Origin: Octopus sinensis
Taxonomy: Eukaryota
Direction of reading: 5' to 3'
Assembly: GCF_006345805.1 (NCBI RefSeq)
Contig: NW_021834099.1
Location: 1 to 26,978, forward strand
DNA: 26,978 bases
The first letter of the stretch is position 1. Each line of letters opens with the position of its first letter. Under the pieces are notes generated by a model, which was not told where the DNA came from, ran no database searches, and saw only the letters and a program-made list of their open reading frames with translations. A program made the position numbers and the translations under genes. Below are positions 10,712 through 22,215 of this stretch, one piece after another.

Positions 10712-11419
10712 GTATATGCGTATATGGATAATGTTGTTGGTATTTATCTGTATATATAAAAGGCAGGATGTGTGTACGTGAATGTAATTTATGCACGTCC
10801 ACAAATTAGCAAGCATGTCGCTCCAATTTTAGGAGGACATTTGTCACGAACCTAACTCTATTTTTGTCAAATTATTTTCCCCGAAGCACCAGCGGGTAGT
10901 AGTAAAAATCGATTTTCAGCCTTAACTTTTACCAATTTTGAAGTTTGCTAACATGAGTTAAGTCCCTTCTTGCCACAACGAAGTGAAAATGTGTGTGTGT
11001 GTGTGTGAGGGAGAGAGAAGTTGTGTTGATGTATGTATGTGTGTGTGTGAGGGAGACAGATGTTGCGTGTTGTTGTGTGTGTGTGTGTGAGGGAGAGAGA
11101 GAGTAAGTGACAGTGTTCACCAAAAATAAAAATGTAAAATGTTTTTTTTTCTTATACACGAGATATAGTATTCAAATTTAGGATGTTTTTGAAAGACACT
11201 ATACTTTATAATCAGATTATATATACTTTCTCACACAACAATTAAAATATATTTATTTTAAATCGTTCGTCTTTCTCCCTGCCCCCCTCTCTCACACACA
11301 CACACACATTACTTTGGGCACGAAAGAGTTTGATTTACATTGAGGAAAAATTTTTTTGTTGAGAATCTATGTTATAGAAACATTAAGTTTCTGAAAAGAC
11401 GTGCATTTAATGTTTCTGC

Positions 11420-12362
11420 AAAGAAAGAGGCTTGGAGAAGCTATTATGAAAGACTGCTGAATGTAGAGAATGAATGGGAGGAGAAGAGCCTGCCAAATGT
11501 TAATCCAGTTGAAGGACCAGCTATCCGAATAGACAGCTCCCTAGTAGGTAAAGCAATTAAGGGTATGAAGCCAGGAAAAGCCCCCAGCCTATCAGGAATC
11601 ACTGCTGAGATGCTTAAAACACCTGGTGGAGTGGGCTATGGCCTAGTCACATGCATTGTAAACAAGGTAGTTCAACATGGAGCCATACCCAATGACTGGC
11701 GTAGCAGCAGCACCATAGTCAACTGCTACAAGGGTAAAGGTGATGCCCTAGATAGAAGTAACTATAAGGGTATTAAACTGCTGGATCAGGTGATGACTGT
11801 CACAGAGAGGGTCATAGCCCATCTCATTAGGGAGAGAGTCTGCTTAGATGAGATGCAGTTTGGTTTTGTTCTGGGTAGAAGCACCACTGATGCCATATTA
11901 CTGGTTTGACAGCTGCAGGAGAAATACCTAGCTAAAGATAAACCCCTGTACTTAGCTTTGTGGACTTGGAGAAAGCCTTTGACAGGGTTCCCCGATCCTT
12001 ATCTGGTGGGCAATGTGGAAATTGGAGATTGACGAATGGTTAATAAGGGCTGTACATGCCCTATGCCGAGAGGCCGTTAGTAGGTTAGGATTAGCAACGA
12101 GTATCGTAAAGAATTCCGGGTAGAAGTAGGGATCCACCAAGGTTCAGGCCTCAGTCCCTTTTATTCATCATTGTCCTCTAGGCAATAACAGAGGAATTCA
12201 AGACAGGTTGCCCCTGGGAGCTCCTCTATGCTGATGACCTGGCCCTCATAGCAGAATCACTACCGGAACTAGAAAAGAAATTTCGGCTGTGGAAGCAAGG
12301 TTTCGAATCAAAACACCTTAGAGTCAATGTATCAAAGACTAAAGTTCTACTAAGTAGGAAGG
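11420..12362 (+). mobile_element. RTE-clade LINE RT fragment, truncated at both ends
   Basis: KEAWRSYYERLLN, MKPGKAP, KGKGDALDRSNYKGIKLL, DEMQFGF, LEKAFDRVP, HQGSGLSP, GCPWELLYADDL, VNVSKTKV. Confidence 0.92.
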
Positions 12363-12778
12363 CGACCTCATCACCCCCTCCTCAATTTATTATTGTTACT
12401 AAATATTTTAGTGTTATTTAATTTCTGAGCAGTTTTGCTGCCATTTGTTTATGTTGTTTGATTTCTTTGTCCATCAGTTTCTACTAAGATAGAGATGCGT
12501 GTAAAATTAATAACAGAGAAACAAAATAAAACTCTGGAAGCAACAACACTGTCATAACTTATGTGGAAAAATGAGTGTTTTCAAGGGAGATAATCAGAGA
12601 AAGACTTAAAATTCAACATAAGATCATAATACTTAAGTAAATATAACAAATAATCTAGAATCCTTGTCCAGTACCAGATTGATCCCAAAATCTAATCAGT
12701 TTATGCCAGTCATGAGGCCAAACATCCCTGAAAGTTTCATCTGAATCCATCCAGCGGTTCTTGTGATATCTTGTCCAC
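12363..12778. mobile_element. Unclassified non-coding interspersed-repeat fragment
   Basis: Sits between two truncated transposons. The motif gatcccaaaatctaatcag...aaagtttcatctgaatccatccagcggttcttg resembles non-autonomous elements I have seen in aquatic animals; no family assigned. Confidence 0.35.
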
Positions 12779-14533
12779 CAGCTTTGATTTTAGCTTCACT
12801 CATGCTAGAAACAAATTTTTCACTGAGATATTTGAATCCTTCACTGTCTACATTCATGGCCGTAACAAAATTCTTAAACAAGCCAAATTTAATGTGTAAG
12901 GGATGAAGGAAAATTTTTCTGAAGGTCAACTAAAGGGATATATTTAATGTATCTCCCTGGAGTGAATCCACTTCACTTTGGCCCCTCTTTTTGATTATAG
13001 TGATGCTTGTCATCTCTGCTGTTCTAAAGGCACAAAAAGCCCCTAATGCTTTACATACCCCATTTGCAACCCAAGAAGCAAACCAATAACTTTCAAGTCC
13101 CTGCATATCTTCCACTTGTGTTTAGAATATTTAATCAAGTGCAAAATTGTTTCCATTGATTCATACATCTCCTTTAATCCTACATGCAATGAATTAATGC
13201 AATCCTGTATGCCGTTTTGAAAGTACAAATATTTTATAACATGGTGTAAAAGATTCCATTGTTTCAACCTGGAGCCCAGTAGTTCTGACTTTTCTTTTGT
13301 TAAACCCAAGTCTCGAACTAAATCATTTAACTCAAGTTGACTCAATAAATAAGGAACTTTTTTCGAAGATCCTGGTTCATCACAGTGATCTGCAGTATCA
13401 CTTGACACGCCTTCAATTGAAGTAGATGCAGTATTTTCTTCATTTAAACTATTTTTCTCAAAAGATGAAGGAGGTTCTGGAATTGGAATATTTTCAGCAG
13501 CATGAGAAACTGGTATTAAAGCTGAAGAGCAATCTGGATAAACAAATCTTCGATTTGTTCTTCTTAGAGAAAACTGTGATATTAGTTAAGTAGAAATAGC
13601 AATTGGTATAGTGGTTTGTTGGTTTGCGCATACTTTTCCGTTTATCTTTCAACCATTGGGTTAGAGCTATGTTGCAGCTTTTGCAACAAAGAGGAGGTGC
13701 CCACAGTTTATCTTGGTCTCCAACTTTGGACCCAAAGTAAAGCTTGTAAGCATTTTAAAATTTCGTTGTAAGCTTATTTCTCTGATCTTTTGATGTAAAT
13801 TTTCCACACACATAACAAAAGCTGTCCAGGTGATTAGCACAAACTTGTCTCCTCATCATAATATACAGAAATAACCTAAATCAACACTCAATGAAGACTA
13901 TCAGTAAACTAAAATATAAAATTAATCAAATGTAAATATTACTGTAAAACATCAAAATATATTTCTCAAAAAAATCATTGAAATTATTATAGAATGTACT
14001 GAAGCTATGGCTATCATGAAACAATTTTTTCCATCTCTAAATTTCAAGCATTGATCACTTTAATAAATAACTAAACTTTCTACTAAACAGCTTTTCATGT
14101 AACCTGGCTCTCTTATTTGATGTACTTTGTTTTAACAGCCCTAGCAATTATCAAGGAAAGGGTGTCTGAGTGGCTTGCTATAACCTAATATCAATAGCCT
14201 TCTGTGAGGAGAACTTTACTATAATTACAGCAATAACAAAGTAAAATAAATTCTCATCTTGTGTGACAATTTAACAGGTAGCCTACATTTAACCTCTATC
14301 AGCACTTGTTTTTGTTTCCGTGATGAGTATATGAATGAAAATTGAAAGCAAATAGCCTACTACTTTGTCAATATTATCAATTGGTTGGAAAATCTGATGC
14401 TGTGAATAACTAAAAAAGCTACACTTGCTGTCTAAAAACTGATGTCAGATTCAGATTCAGTACCTTAAAATTACCCTAAATCATCTGAAAAAGTTTAAAT
14501 AGCATGACAATTTTCTTTTTTTTTTGCCCAATG
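12779..14533 (-). mobile_element. Chapaev3-like (CMC superfamily) DNA transposon, 3'-truncated and frameshifted
   Basis: Minus strand from ATG at 13859: MMRRQVCANHLDSFCYVCGK; YFGSKVGDQDKLWAPPLCCKSC; LSQLELNDLVRDLGLTKEKSELLGSRLKQWNLL; YSKHKWKICRDLKVIGLLLGLQMGY; LHPLHIKFGLFKNFV; SEAKIKAG. A terminus-like cattgggcaa (CAC-type end, decayed) lies at 14533. Confidence 0.75.
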
Positions 14534-14866
14534 ATATTGTTATTAGTAATAGTGAATTTAAAAAATGAATGAATATTTTTAACAATGCGTGCACACACAC
14601 TTACACATAGTAAACATAAATATATATTCTGTGTATAAATTGAATATTCCTTCAAATCACTATGTAGTCCTTATATTATCCTTTTATGCAATCTGAAGAT
14701 TTTCACCAAAGGTATTTAAAATGAAAAATTTATTTATATTTGTATATGTCTTGTAATTTTGACTTCATGAAATGAAACAATTATAGATGATGATATTGAT
14801 TAATTAATAAATTCATTTATATCCAATTCATTTCCATTTTCTAATTATTATTATTATTATTATATT

Positions 14867-15420
14867 GAGGGGAGCGAGCAGAGCATGCCATCAAAGTGAC
14901 ACTGGGGGTAAAATATACGAAGCCCAGTATACCCATGATGACTACCCGTCTGATAAGGGTACACCAGGCACATGCATCACAACCATATGTGCGCGACATG
15001 GTGATCTCATATCAAGATAAACAGCACATGACCTTGCAGGTGGAGCCCAGTTAGAATTTTCTTCAGATCGAGTAACCCATCCCGCTCAAAAGGTCCCTGA
15101 ATAAGGGTTGTTTAAGGACGTTGAACGAAAACCCATGTTCCAGAGGTGAATTATTCAAACCCCAAAGAATCCTTCTCAACACATGGCTATGATGCTCCCC
15201 CACTACTTCTGCTCGTGATCAGAGATGCACATATCGTCAGCCACTAAGGGACATGCTCAACTGGTTATGGTCAAACAACTGACAAGCAAATCTGTGGTAT
15301 TGAGCAGAATATTTGCTGTAGCCCATCTTTTATACCAAGACAAAACAATGTACATGATAACACTTTCAATCAGTTAAGATCAGAAGCTATGAGAGCCACT
15401 GCCTGGTACTGCATCAGGGC

Positions 15421-15424
<4 letters not shown>
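14867..15424 (-). mobile_element. Second, inverted copy of the ~557-bp (AAT)n-flanked unit
   Basis: Reverse complement of 2591-3147; (ATT)n at 14844-14866 and 15425-15469. Confidence 0.85.
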
Positions 15425-15457
<33 letters not shown>

Positions 15458-15469
15458 GTTATTATTATT

Positions 15470-16735
15470 CTATGTTTGACTTTTGCTTTATGTCTGTACA
15501 AGTTGGCTCCAAGTCTCACCTAGAGACCTCAAGAGACAACAGGTTGGAAGTTCACGTTGTTGTTATGCCTAGTGTGCCATATATTTGGGGTTTTTTTTGG
15601 TGTTGTACTAGTGAATGTCTAATACCTAAATTTAAAAAAAAAAAAAGTTTGTTTTAAACCTTGGGATTACATAGAGAGTATTTTGCGTAGGATATGATCA
15701 GTTCCCATGAGCACTATCTTTTGAATTTCTGCCATTTTGGGGTTTCCTGGTGTCTGAGTTAGGTAGCAATCAGCCACTTTCGCTATCATTCCCAGGGCAC
15801 CTATGACAACAGATATTGTTTTAGTCTTCAGCTTCCACATTTTGCTGATTTCTATTTCAAGATCTTTATATTTGCTCAGTTTTTGGTAGGTCTTGACAGA
15901 TACGTTTATATCGATTGGGACAGTCATATCAATGAGGAGGCATGTTCTTTGTCTGAAGTCTTTCAATATGATGTCTGGCCTATTTGCATCTATCTTTCTG
16001 TCAGTTTGAATGGTGAAGTTCCAGAGGAGTGAGATGTGGTCATTTTCAAGCAATGGAGGTGGATTGTGTTCCCACCAGTTTTTTTCATGGGGCAAATCCA
16101 GGTTTTTGCAAATTACCCAGTGAATATATTGTGCAGCTCTACCATGCCTGTTGAGGTACTCTGTAGGCGCTAGAAGACTGCATTTGAAGACAACATGATC
16201 AATGGTTTCATTTTGTTGTCGCCATGCACGACATGTTGGGCTACTGCCATTTTTTAATATGTTGGCCTGGTAGTTAGTTTCTTGTTGGTAGGCATTGATC
16301 TTGAGCTGCTATGATAAACCCTTCTGTTTCAGATTTTAAGCCAGAGGCCATTAGCCATTGATGGGTCAGGGCTTTATCAATATCTGCATTATTCGCTCTC
16401 TTTGGGTATTTGCCATAGAGAGGTTTTTCTTGCTATTTATTATTCAGAATATCTGAGGCCGCAGTTTTGGCACGGGTTTTCATGCGCCTAGCTTTTTCTG
16501 TGCTTGTTTCTTGTATGTCTATCTCTAATTCCGAAATTGGCTGTATTCGGAATTCACTTAGATATTCCTTTGCCTGTTTTGTGACTGAGTATGATGCTTT
16601 CTTGTTTTCATGTTTTGAGACAAGTTTTAACATCCAGTCCTCAGAGTTTTTCAGGTAGGTGTCTTGGCCAATTGTAGCAATCTTCATTGTTATTGCCAGT
16701 TGCAAAAGACCACGGCCTCCCTCTTTTCTTGGCAT
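15470..16735 (-). mobile_element. R4/Dong-like RLE-type non-LTR retrotransposon, 5'-truncated (thumb end, CCHC finger, restriction-like endonuclease, 3' UTR)
   Basis: MPRKEGGRGLLQL (thumb). PTCRAWRQQNETIDHVVFKC at 16180-16233 is a CCHC finger with the second Cys changed to Trp. LWNFTIQTDRKIDANRPDIIL...CLLIDMTVP...KLSKYKDL is the PD-(D/E)xK endonuclease. Stop at 15667. Confidence 0.88.
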
Positions 16736-16740
16736 TATTA

Positions 16741-16800
<60 letters not shown>

Positions 16801-16805
16801 TATTA
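16736..16805 (+). repeat. (ATT)n microsatellite at the 5' truncation point of the R4/Dong-like element
   Basis: Seen directly in the sequence. Confidence 0.97.
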
Positions 16806-17072
16806 TATGTATATAAATAAATAAGGTGTTCAGTGATCTAGATGGTTGAACATATACAAATATTTATTAAAGTGTCGAATGTTTTTACAAATCACATATC
16901 AGCACTTTCATCTACTCTAATAGATTTTTCAGATTTACATTTTGTGAAGGGATTTATCTCTTTTTACAGTATTAGTGAATAAGTAAAGAGAGGGGGGGAG
17001 AAGAGTAATGTGGAGTGTATAGGGTAGGAAAAGAGGGAGAGAAATGGGGAGACAGTGGGAGAAAAAGTGAGA

Positions 17073-17107
17073 GTGTGTGTGTTTGTGTGTGTGTGTGTCT
17101 GTTTGTA

Positions 17108-17152
<45 letters not shown>
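17073..17152 (+). repeat. (TG)n microsatellite
   Basis: Seen directly in the sequence. Confidence 0.97.
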
Positions 17153-17155
<3 letters not shown>

Positions 17156-17433
17156 CTCATGTATCTGAAAGGAAGCTTTTGAACAAAAGACAAAGCAAAA
17201 GAATATATATTTTTTAAGTAGGTGGCTGGGACAGATGCTTACTTTGGTTCAGCCAGCTTACCAGGTTTTCTGAAAGAAAAATGTTTTCAAAGTGAAAAAA
17301 TGTGTTTTTTCTTAGTGTCAATGGAAAAGAGAAGGAAAGGAAGGAAGAAAGAAAGAAGAAAAAAATTGTGTTTATATCTATACAGTTGGTCAGTTCTTTC
17401 AATAGATGATAAGTTGATTCTTGGTCTGTAAAA

Positions 17434-19286
17434 ATGGTCATGTGTTTCAGTCTCCATTTGCATATGTGTGCTTGTCTGTTCTTATAATCTATGTACCTAA
17501 CCATCTGTATGTATCCACATGTAGGTGTAGCTGGAGATGTGGCTGGCCTCTTCATGACCTGGTGGGACAGAAAACTTAAACAAAGTTTAGCAGAACAGTC
17601 CTTAACTCTTCTACTCTACAGTAGATATGAAGATGACATTAATATCATAGTTAGGACCAACTCTAGTGATGGTAATGTAGAAACTGAGAAGAACATAATG
17701 GAGAGCATCCAGCAAATAGCTAACTCCATTCACCAAAGTATCAAGAAAACTATAGATTCCCCCACCAAGCACTCCAACAATAGACTCCCTGTACTTGATA
17801 CTGAACTTTGGTTAGAGACTGAACAATAAGTGCAGCTCTTCCACTCCTATTACATGAAACCCATAACTTCAAAATATGTTGTTCACAAGAACTCAGCTTT
17901 GTCACACAAGATGAAAATTAACATACTGATTGCAGGCTTAGTTAGAATAATTAACAATGTGTCCCCACTATGCGAACCCTAAAAAATGAATAAAACATAT
18001 ACAGAACTTCATGCACTGCATGCAATTCTCTGGGTATGATCAGAAAGGTAGGGTTCGAGTATACAAGGGGTGGAGGCAGCTAGTAGGAAATTAGGTAATG
18101 TTATACGTAATGATATCAGTGGTACCTGCCCTAGATATAGAAACAAAGAATGGAATAAGATACAAAGAACTTGTGACAAACAGGGAGAACACGTGACTCA
18201 CCTCCTCAAAGAAGGCAAGGGTGCAGCCCTCCGCTGGCAAGGTCATGCTTACAGTCTTCTGGGACCAGGACGGAGTAGTGAAGACAGATTTCCTGGCAAA
18301 GGGTGCCACAATTACAGGAGTCTATTATGCTTCACTTTTGAGGAAATTAAGAGAAGTTATCAAAATCAAGAGGCGGGGCAAGATCAGCAAAGGCATCCTC
18401 CTCCTGCAGGACAACGCTCCGGTCCACAACTCGCTTGTCGCCAGATCAGAAGCACAGGTGTATGGCTATGAACTCATCCCCCATCCCCCCTACTTTCCTG
18501 ACCTTGCACCCTCTGATTTTCACCTCTTCCCAGCCATGAAGTTGTTTTTGAAAGGAAAGCGTTTCCCAGATGATGCAGCCTTGATTTCTAAAGTCACGTC
18601 GTGGTTGGAGGACCAAGCTGGGGTCTTCTACAAAAACGGTCTTCAGAGCTGCATCAAACGATGGGAGAAATGCGTAAGTCTGGGTGGTTCCTATGTAGGA
18701 AAAGACTAATAACTGTGCAAAGTTTCGTTGCTCTACTGCTAAGGGAAGTGGGTCAGGGGCATTACTTATTGAACGCCCCTCGTATGTAGGATTAGCTCTG
18801 GCATTACCTGTAGAACTCGAAATGTAGTTTACAGCAGAAGATGCATAGAAGGTGCTTGTAAAGACATGAACATGATGTACATAGGGGAGACGTCTAGGAG
18901 CATTGCGGAACGACTAAATGAACATCTGAGACAATATGACGACAGAAAACAGTCCTCCATACTCTACCAACATGCCAAAGACCACCAGGGAGGCAACTTG
19001 AGTCAACTTGACATCCGCATCTTTTCCAAGCACCCAAAAGACCCAACACTCAGACAAATACTGGAATACGTCCTTATAAATGAAACTTCCCCAATACTAA
19101 ACAGGAAATATGCATAGTAGACACCATACCTCCAAACCACAGTTGTGTATGCACGTGTGATTTTCTTTTTTGTATGTAAGCATCTGGATATGAAAATAAA
19201 CAGATCAACATACAGACGGATAGGTACATAGATTATAAGAACAGACAAGCACACATACGCAAATAGAGACTGACACACATGACCAT
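17434..19286 (+). mobile_element. Penelope-like element (RT + GIY-YIG endonuclease), 5'-truncated, disrupted, flanked by a 79-bp inverted repeat
   Basis: RT: GVAGDVAGLFMTWWD...SRYEDDINII...LPVLDTELW, then HSYYMKP...SALSHKMKINIL. After the mariner: CRISSGITCRTRNVVYSRRCIEGAC...MYIGETSRSIAERLNEH...RQILEYVLINETSPILN*. Inverted repeat arms at 17434-17512 and 19208-19286. Confidence 0.85.
18178..18784 (+). mobile_element. mariner (DD34D) transposon, right half with right TIR and TA
   Basis: SAGKVMLTVFWD...LLQDNAPVH...HPPYFPDLAPSDFHLF...RWEKC; 34 residues lie between the second and third catalytic Asp. The right end ttacttattgaacgcccctcg|TA is at 18782-18784. No left TIR or N-terminal half. Confidence 0.93.
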
Positions 19287-19700
19287 ATATACACACACAC
19301 ACTTTACTCCACACAAGGACACATATGGAGACACGGGTCCACACATATAGAGATACAAATCCATACATATAAACATGGTACATAGTTGCAAAACAAACAC
19401 ACACAAACACACACACGCACACACAAACACACACACAGACATGCATAGACAAGGAGACAGAGGTGCATACATATACAAACGCATGCTCACACACACATAC
19501 ATAGAAAATACACAAACACGGATATGCAAGCACATGAATATGCAGAATACATACATACAGATGCACACACATACCTACATATTTACATATGCATACACAC
19601 ACATATATACTTACACACACTTGCATACATGCATACACACATACATACATACGTGCATGCACACACACACACTGACCCACACACATGTGCACAAACAAAC
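19287..19700 (+). repeat. Compound degenerate (CA)n/(ATAC)n low-complexity tract
   Basis: Seen directly in the sequence. Confidence 0.9.
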
Positions 19701-20442
19701 AAAAGGGAACTCAGTGTAAATAACGGACAGTCAAGACTATTGAAAAGGTTGCAAGATGCAATGAAAATTTTAGGAAAATAAAAATAAGAAATAAGTGGAA
19801 ATTGTCCCGGTGCGTGTGTTATATCATAAGGCACAAAAAGAAAATGACTCTCCCCAGACACAACAGAATAATGAAAGTTATTTTTCAAAAAATTATCTGG
19901 ACTTATCATCATCTACATTGTCCAATGCTTGATTCCCCTGTCGTTCACAAAAAATTCTGCGTTTGCAATACTTTTTTTCGTTCGGCGTCAACAGCCCTTC
20001 TTATCTTGTTTTTCCCTGTCCTGTCTTTTACTGTTTATATTTTTGTACTGTCGTTACTGTCCTGTTTTTTTACCATTTTTTTACCATTTTTTACCCCTCT
20101 GCGAAAAGATCTCAGAATTTTAATTGATTTGCTTTTCACAGGAAGGAAAGTTTCTTGTCGAAGATATGTCTCGCTTTTATCCTTCGAAACGTAGAGTAGA
20201 TGAAACCATAGCGACTGAAGAAGGGGTTTTTTCTTTGTGTTAATTGTCCTGTACTCCATTTTTTTGTTTTTTTGTTGTTTTTAAAAAAATGTCCAGTTCC
20301 TTTGGTTTGTGTCTATGTTTTCGTTTCTCTTTGTGTTCGACGTCCGTTTGGTGTCCTGTACTCATATATGCGTGTATATGTACATGTAGAGGTAGGTACG
20401 TACATATATGTTTATATATATGCATATGTTTTATTTCATTTA

Positions 20443-20445
<3 letters not shown>

Positions 20446-20480
<35 letters not shown>
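20446..20480 (+). repeat. (TA)n microsatellite
   Basis: Seen directly in the sequence. Confidence 0.97.
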
Positions 20481-20482
<2 letters not shown>

Positions 20483-20483
<1 letters not shown>

Positions 20484-20660
20484 TATCATTGTCATTTAAC
20501 TTACATTTTCCTTGCTGTGGGTTGGACAGTTTGACATGGAACTTGCCAACTGGCCAAACTCCAGTCGTTTGTTATGGCATGGTTTGTACAAGTGAATGCC
20601 TTTCCTAATGCCAACCACTTAACAGAATGTGTTGGTTGCTTACTATGTGTCATTTGCACC
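20483..20660 (-). mobile_element. Degenerate RTE 3'-tail/SINE copy, antisense
   Basis: gaatgcctttcctaatgccaaccactt and ttggacagtttgac are reverse complements of the RTE tail motifs. Confidence 0.65.
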
Positions 20661-21169
20661 TGGAAGAACAAGACTATGAATGGAAGACAGCAATTTTAAT
20701 TAGTATGACACTAAAATTTAAAAAATGCCGAATATTTTCTCTGTTACAATCATTGCCTACTTAAAATAGTTAAAACAGTTAACATGTTTGATGGACTTTT
20801 GTCCTACACTATTTTTTCAAACATAGTGTATTTAAGACATGGAATGATGTAAAGGAAATTTGGCTTCTATTTCAGGCAGGTTGAGCTACTGTATAAAGGC
20901 TCCCAAATAGCTTTATGTATAATTCATGTGTAGTTCTTGTTTTATTTAATTGTTGCCAAATACTCAAAGCTTATTCTTATCGAGTTTCTCTTGTAAAATT
21001 TACTTCAGGAAGCCTTTTGTGCAGAGACTATTGATAGAATGCTTGGGATCTGCCAGCAATAGATACGTCACATGAAGAGAGGTTGGTCAACACAAAGAAA
21101 TTCTCTATCAAAAAGATAATATATCAAAGATAAATGCATCATATTCTGATTATAATTGTGAGAATGAAT

Positions 21170-21368
21170 ATCATCATCATCATCATCTTCATTGTCATTT
21201 AACATCCGTTTTCCATGCTGGCATGAGTTGGACAGTTTGACTGGATCTAGCAAGCCAGAAGCTGGCACCAGGCATCACTGTCTGTTTTGGCATGGCTTCT
21301 ATGGCTGGATGCTCTTCCTAACACCAACCACTTTACAACGTGAACTGGATGCTTTTTATTTGGCACCA
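21170..21368 (-). mobile_element. RTE 3'-tail/SINE copy, antisense, with (ATC)n tail
   Basis: (ATC)n...tttaacatccgttttccatgctggcatgagttggacagtttgac...ggatgctcttcctaacaccaaccactt. Confidence 0.8.
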
Positions 21369-22019
21369 GATCTGCTGGAGTCATTCAGTAATTCACTACA
21401 CAAAGATCTTCTGTATTGGAGGAGGTGGGTTTGTGTCAGGTGATGAGAGGTTATAGTGTGACAGAGGGACAGAAACTGGTGTGTTGGTGTAGAGGAGATA
21501 CATGGTTATCCAGTCAGAGGGAGAGACCGAGAGAGAGAAGAGAGACGAAAGATCAAGAATGAGAGAGAGACTGGAAGAGAGTGAGAGTGTGAGAGAACAT
21601 GAGAGAAAAGGGTGAGAGAGAGCAAGAGTGAGAAAGGTGAGAGAGAGAGAGAGAGTGATGGTGATGAAGTGCCAGGGCATACCTCAAGGTACAGGGATCG
21701 AAATATAAATGGGATGGTAGAATATTTCCAAGGGTGCATGAGCAGGAAGTAAGGACTTGACATGAATGCAGAGAGCAGGGAGAAGGGGAATATGGTGACT
21801 GGTGAAACTTGGGTATATAGAGGAGGTGAGGGACAACAGGATGGCATTGTTACAAGGGGCAGGGTAGTGAGGACAGGATTGGGGTGTGAAAGATAAGAAT
21901 ATATTCTTGTTTATTTGCACTGGAGATAATAACTACTGAAAAATTTTGTGATCAAAGACAGAAGACATAAGGGAGTGATGTGAAAGATATCTCTTGACAA
22001 ATTAAACATAATTTATATT

Positions 22020-22215
22020 TATCACCCCAGACAAAATGCTTAGCAGTATTTCATTTGTCTTTACATTCAAAGTTCAGATTCTACAAAGGTTGACTTAGTC
22101 TTTCATCCTTTCAGAGTGATAAAATAAACACCAGTTCAACATTGGGGTTAATGTAATCAAGTAGCTTCCTCCCCCAAATTTCAGGCTTTGCACCTATAGT
22201 AGAAAGTATTATATT
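22020..22215 (+). mobile_element. tRNA-derived SINE fragment
   Basis: aagttcagattct (B-box-like) followed by gttgacttagtctttcatcctttcagagtgataaaataaacaccag, resembling a conserved SINE central domain (superfamily not assigned), and tail tagtagaaagtattat. Confidence 0.6.

Noticed and set aside
10760-11400. Mixed TG/GA repeat region that may be a non-autonomous DNA element
   Set aside because: No TIRs, TSD or second copy found in the window
19003-19781. 231-aa Val/Cys-rich minus ORF and His/Thr-rich plus ORFs
   Set aside because: They are translations of the CA-rich low-complexity tract
20140-20226. Hammerhead-like pieces: GAAGGA/TCCTTC stem, GAAACGTA at 20186-20193 and CTGAAGA at 20215-20221
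   Set aside because: No intact CUGANGA precedes the stem (type I), and helix I cannot be formed in the type II order; at most a decayed remnant
21420-21900. Purine/GA-rich tract and its Ser/Leu-rich minus ORFs
   Set aside because: Low-complexity composition; no splice or domain evidence and no clear homology to the 5.7-6.7 kb tract
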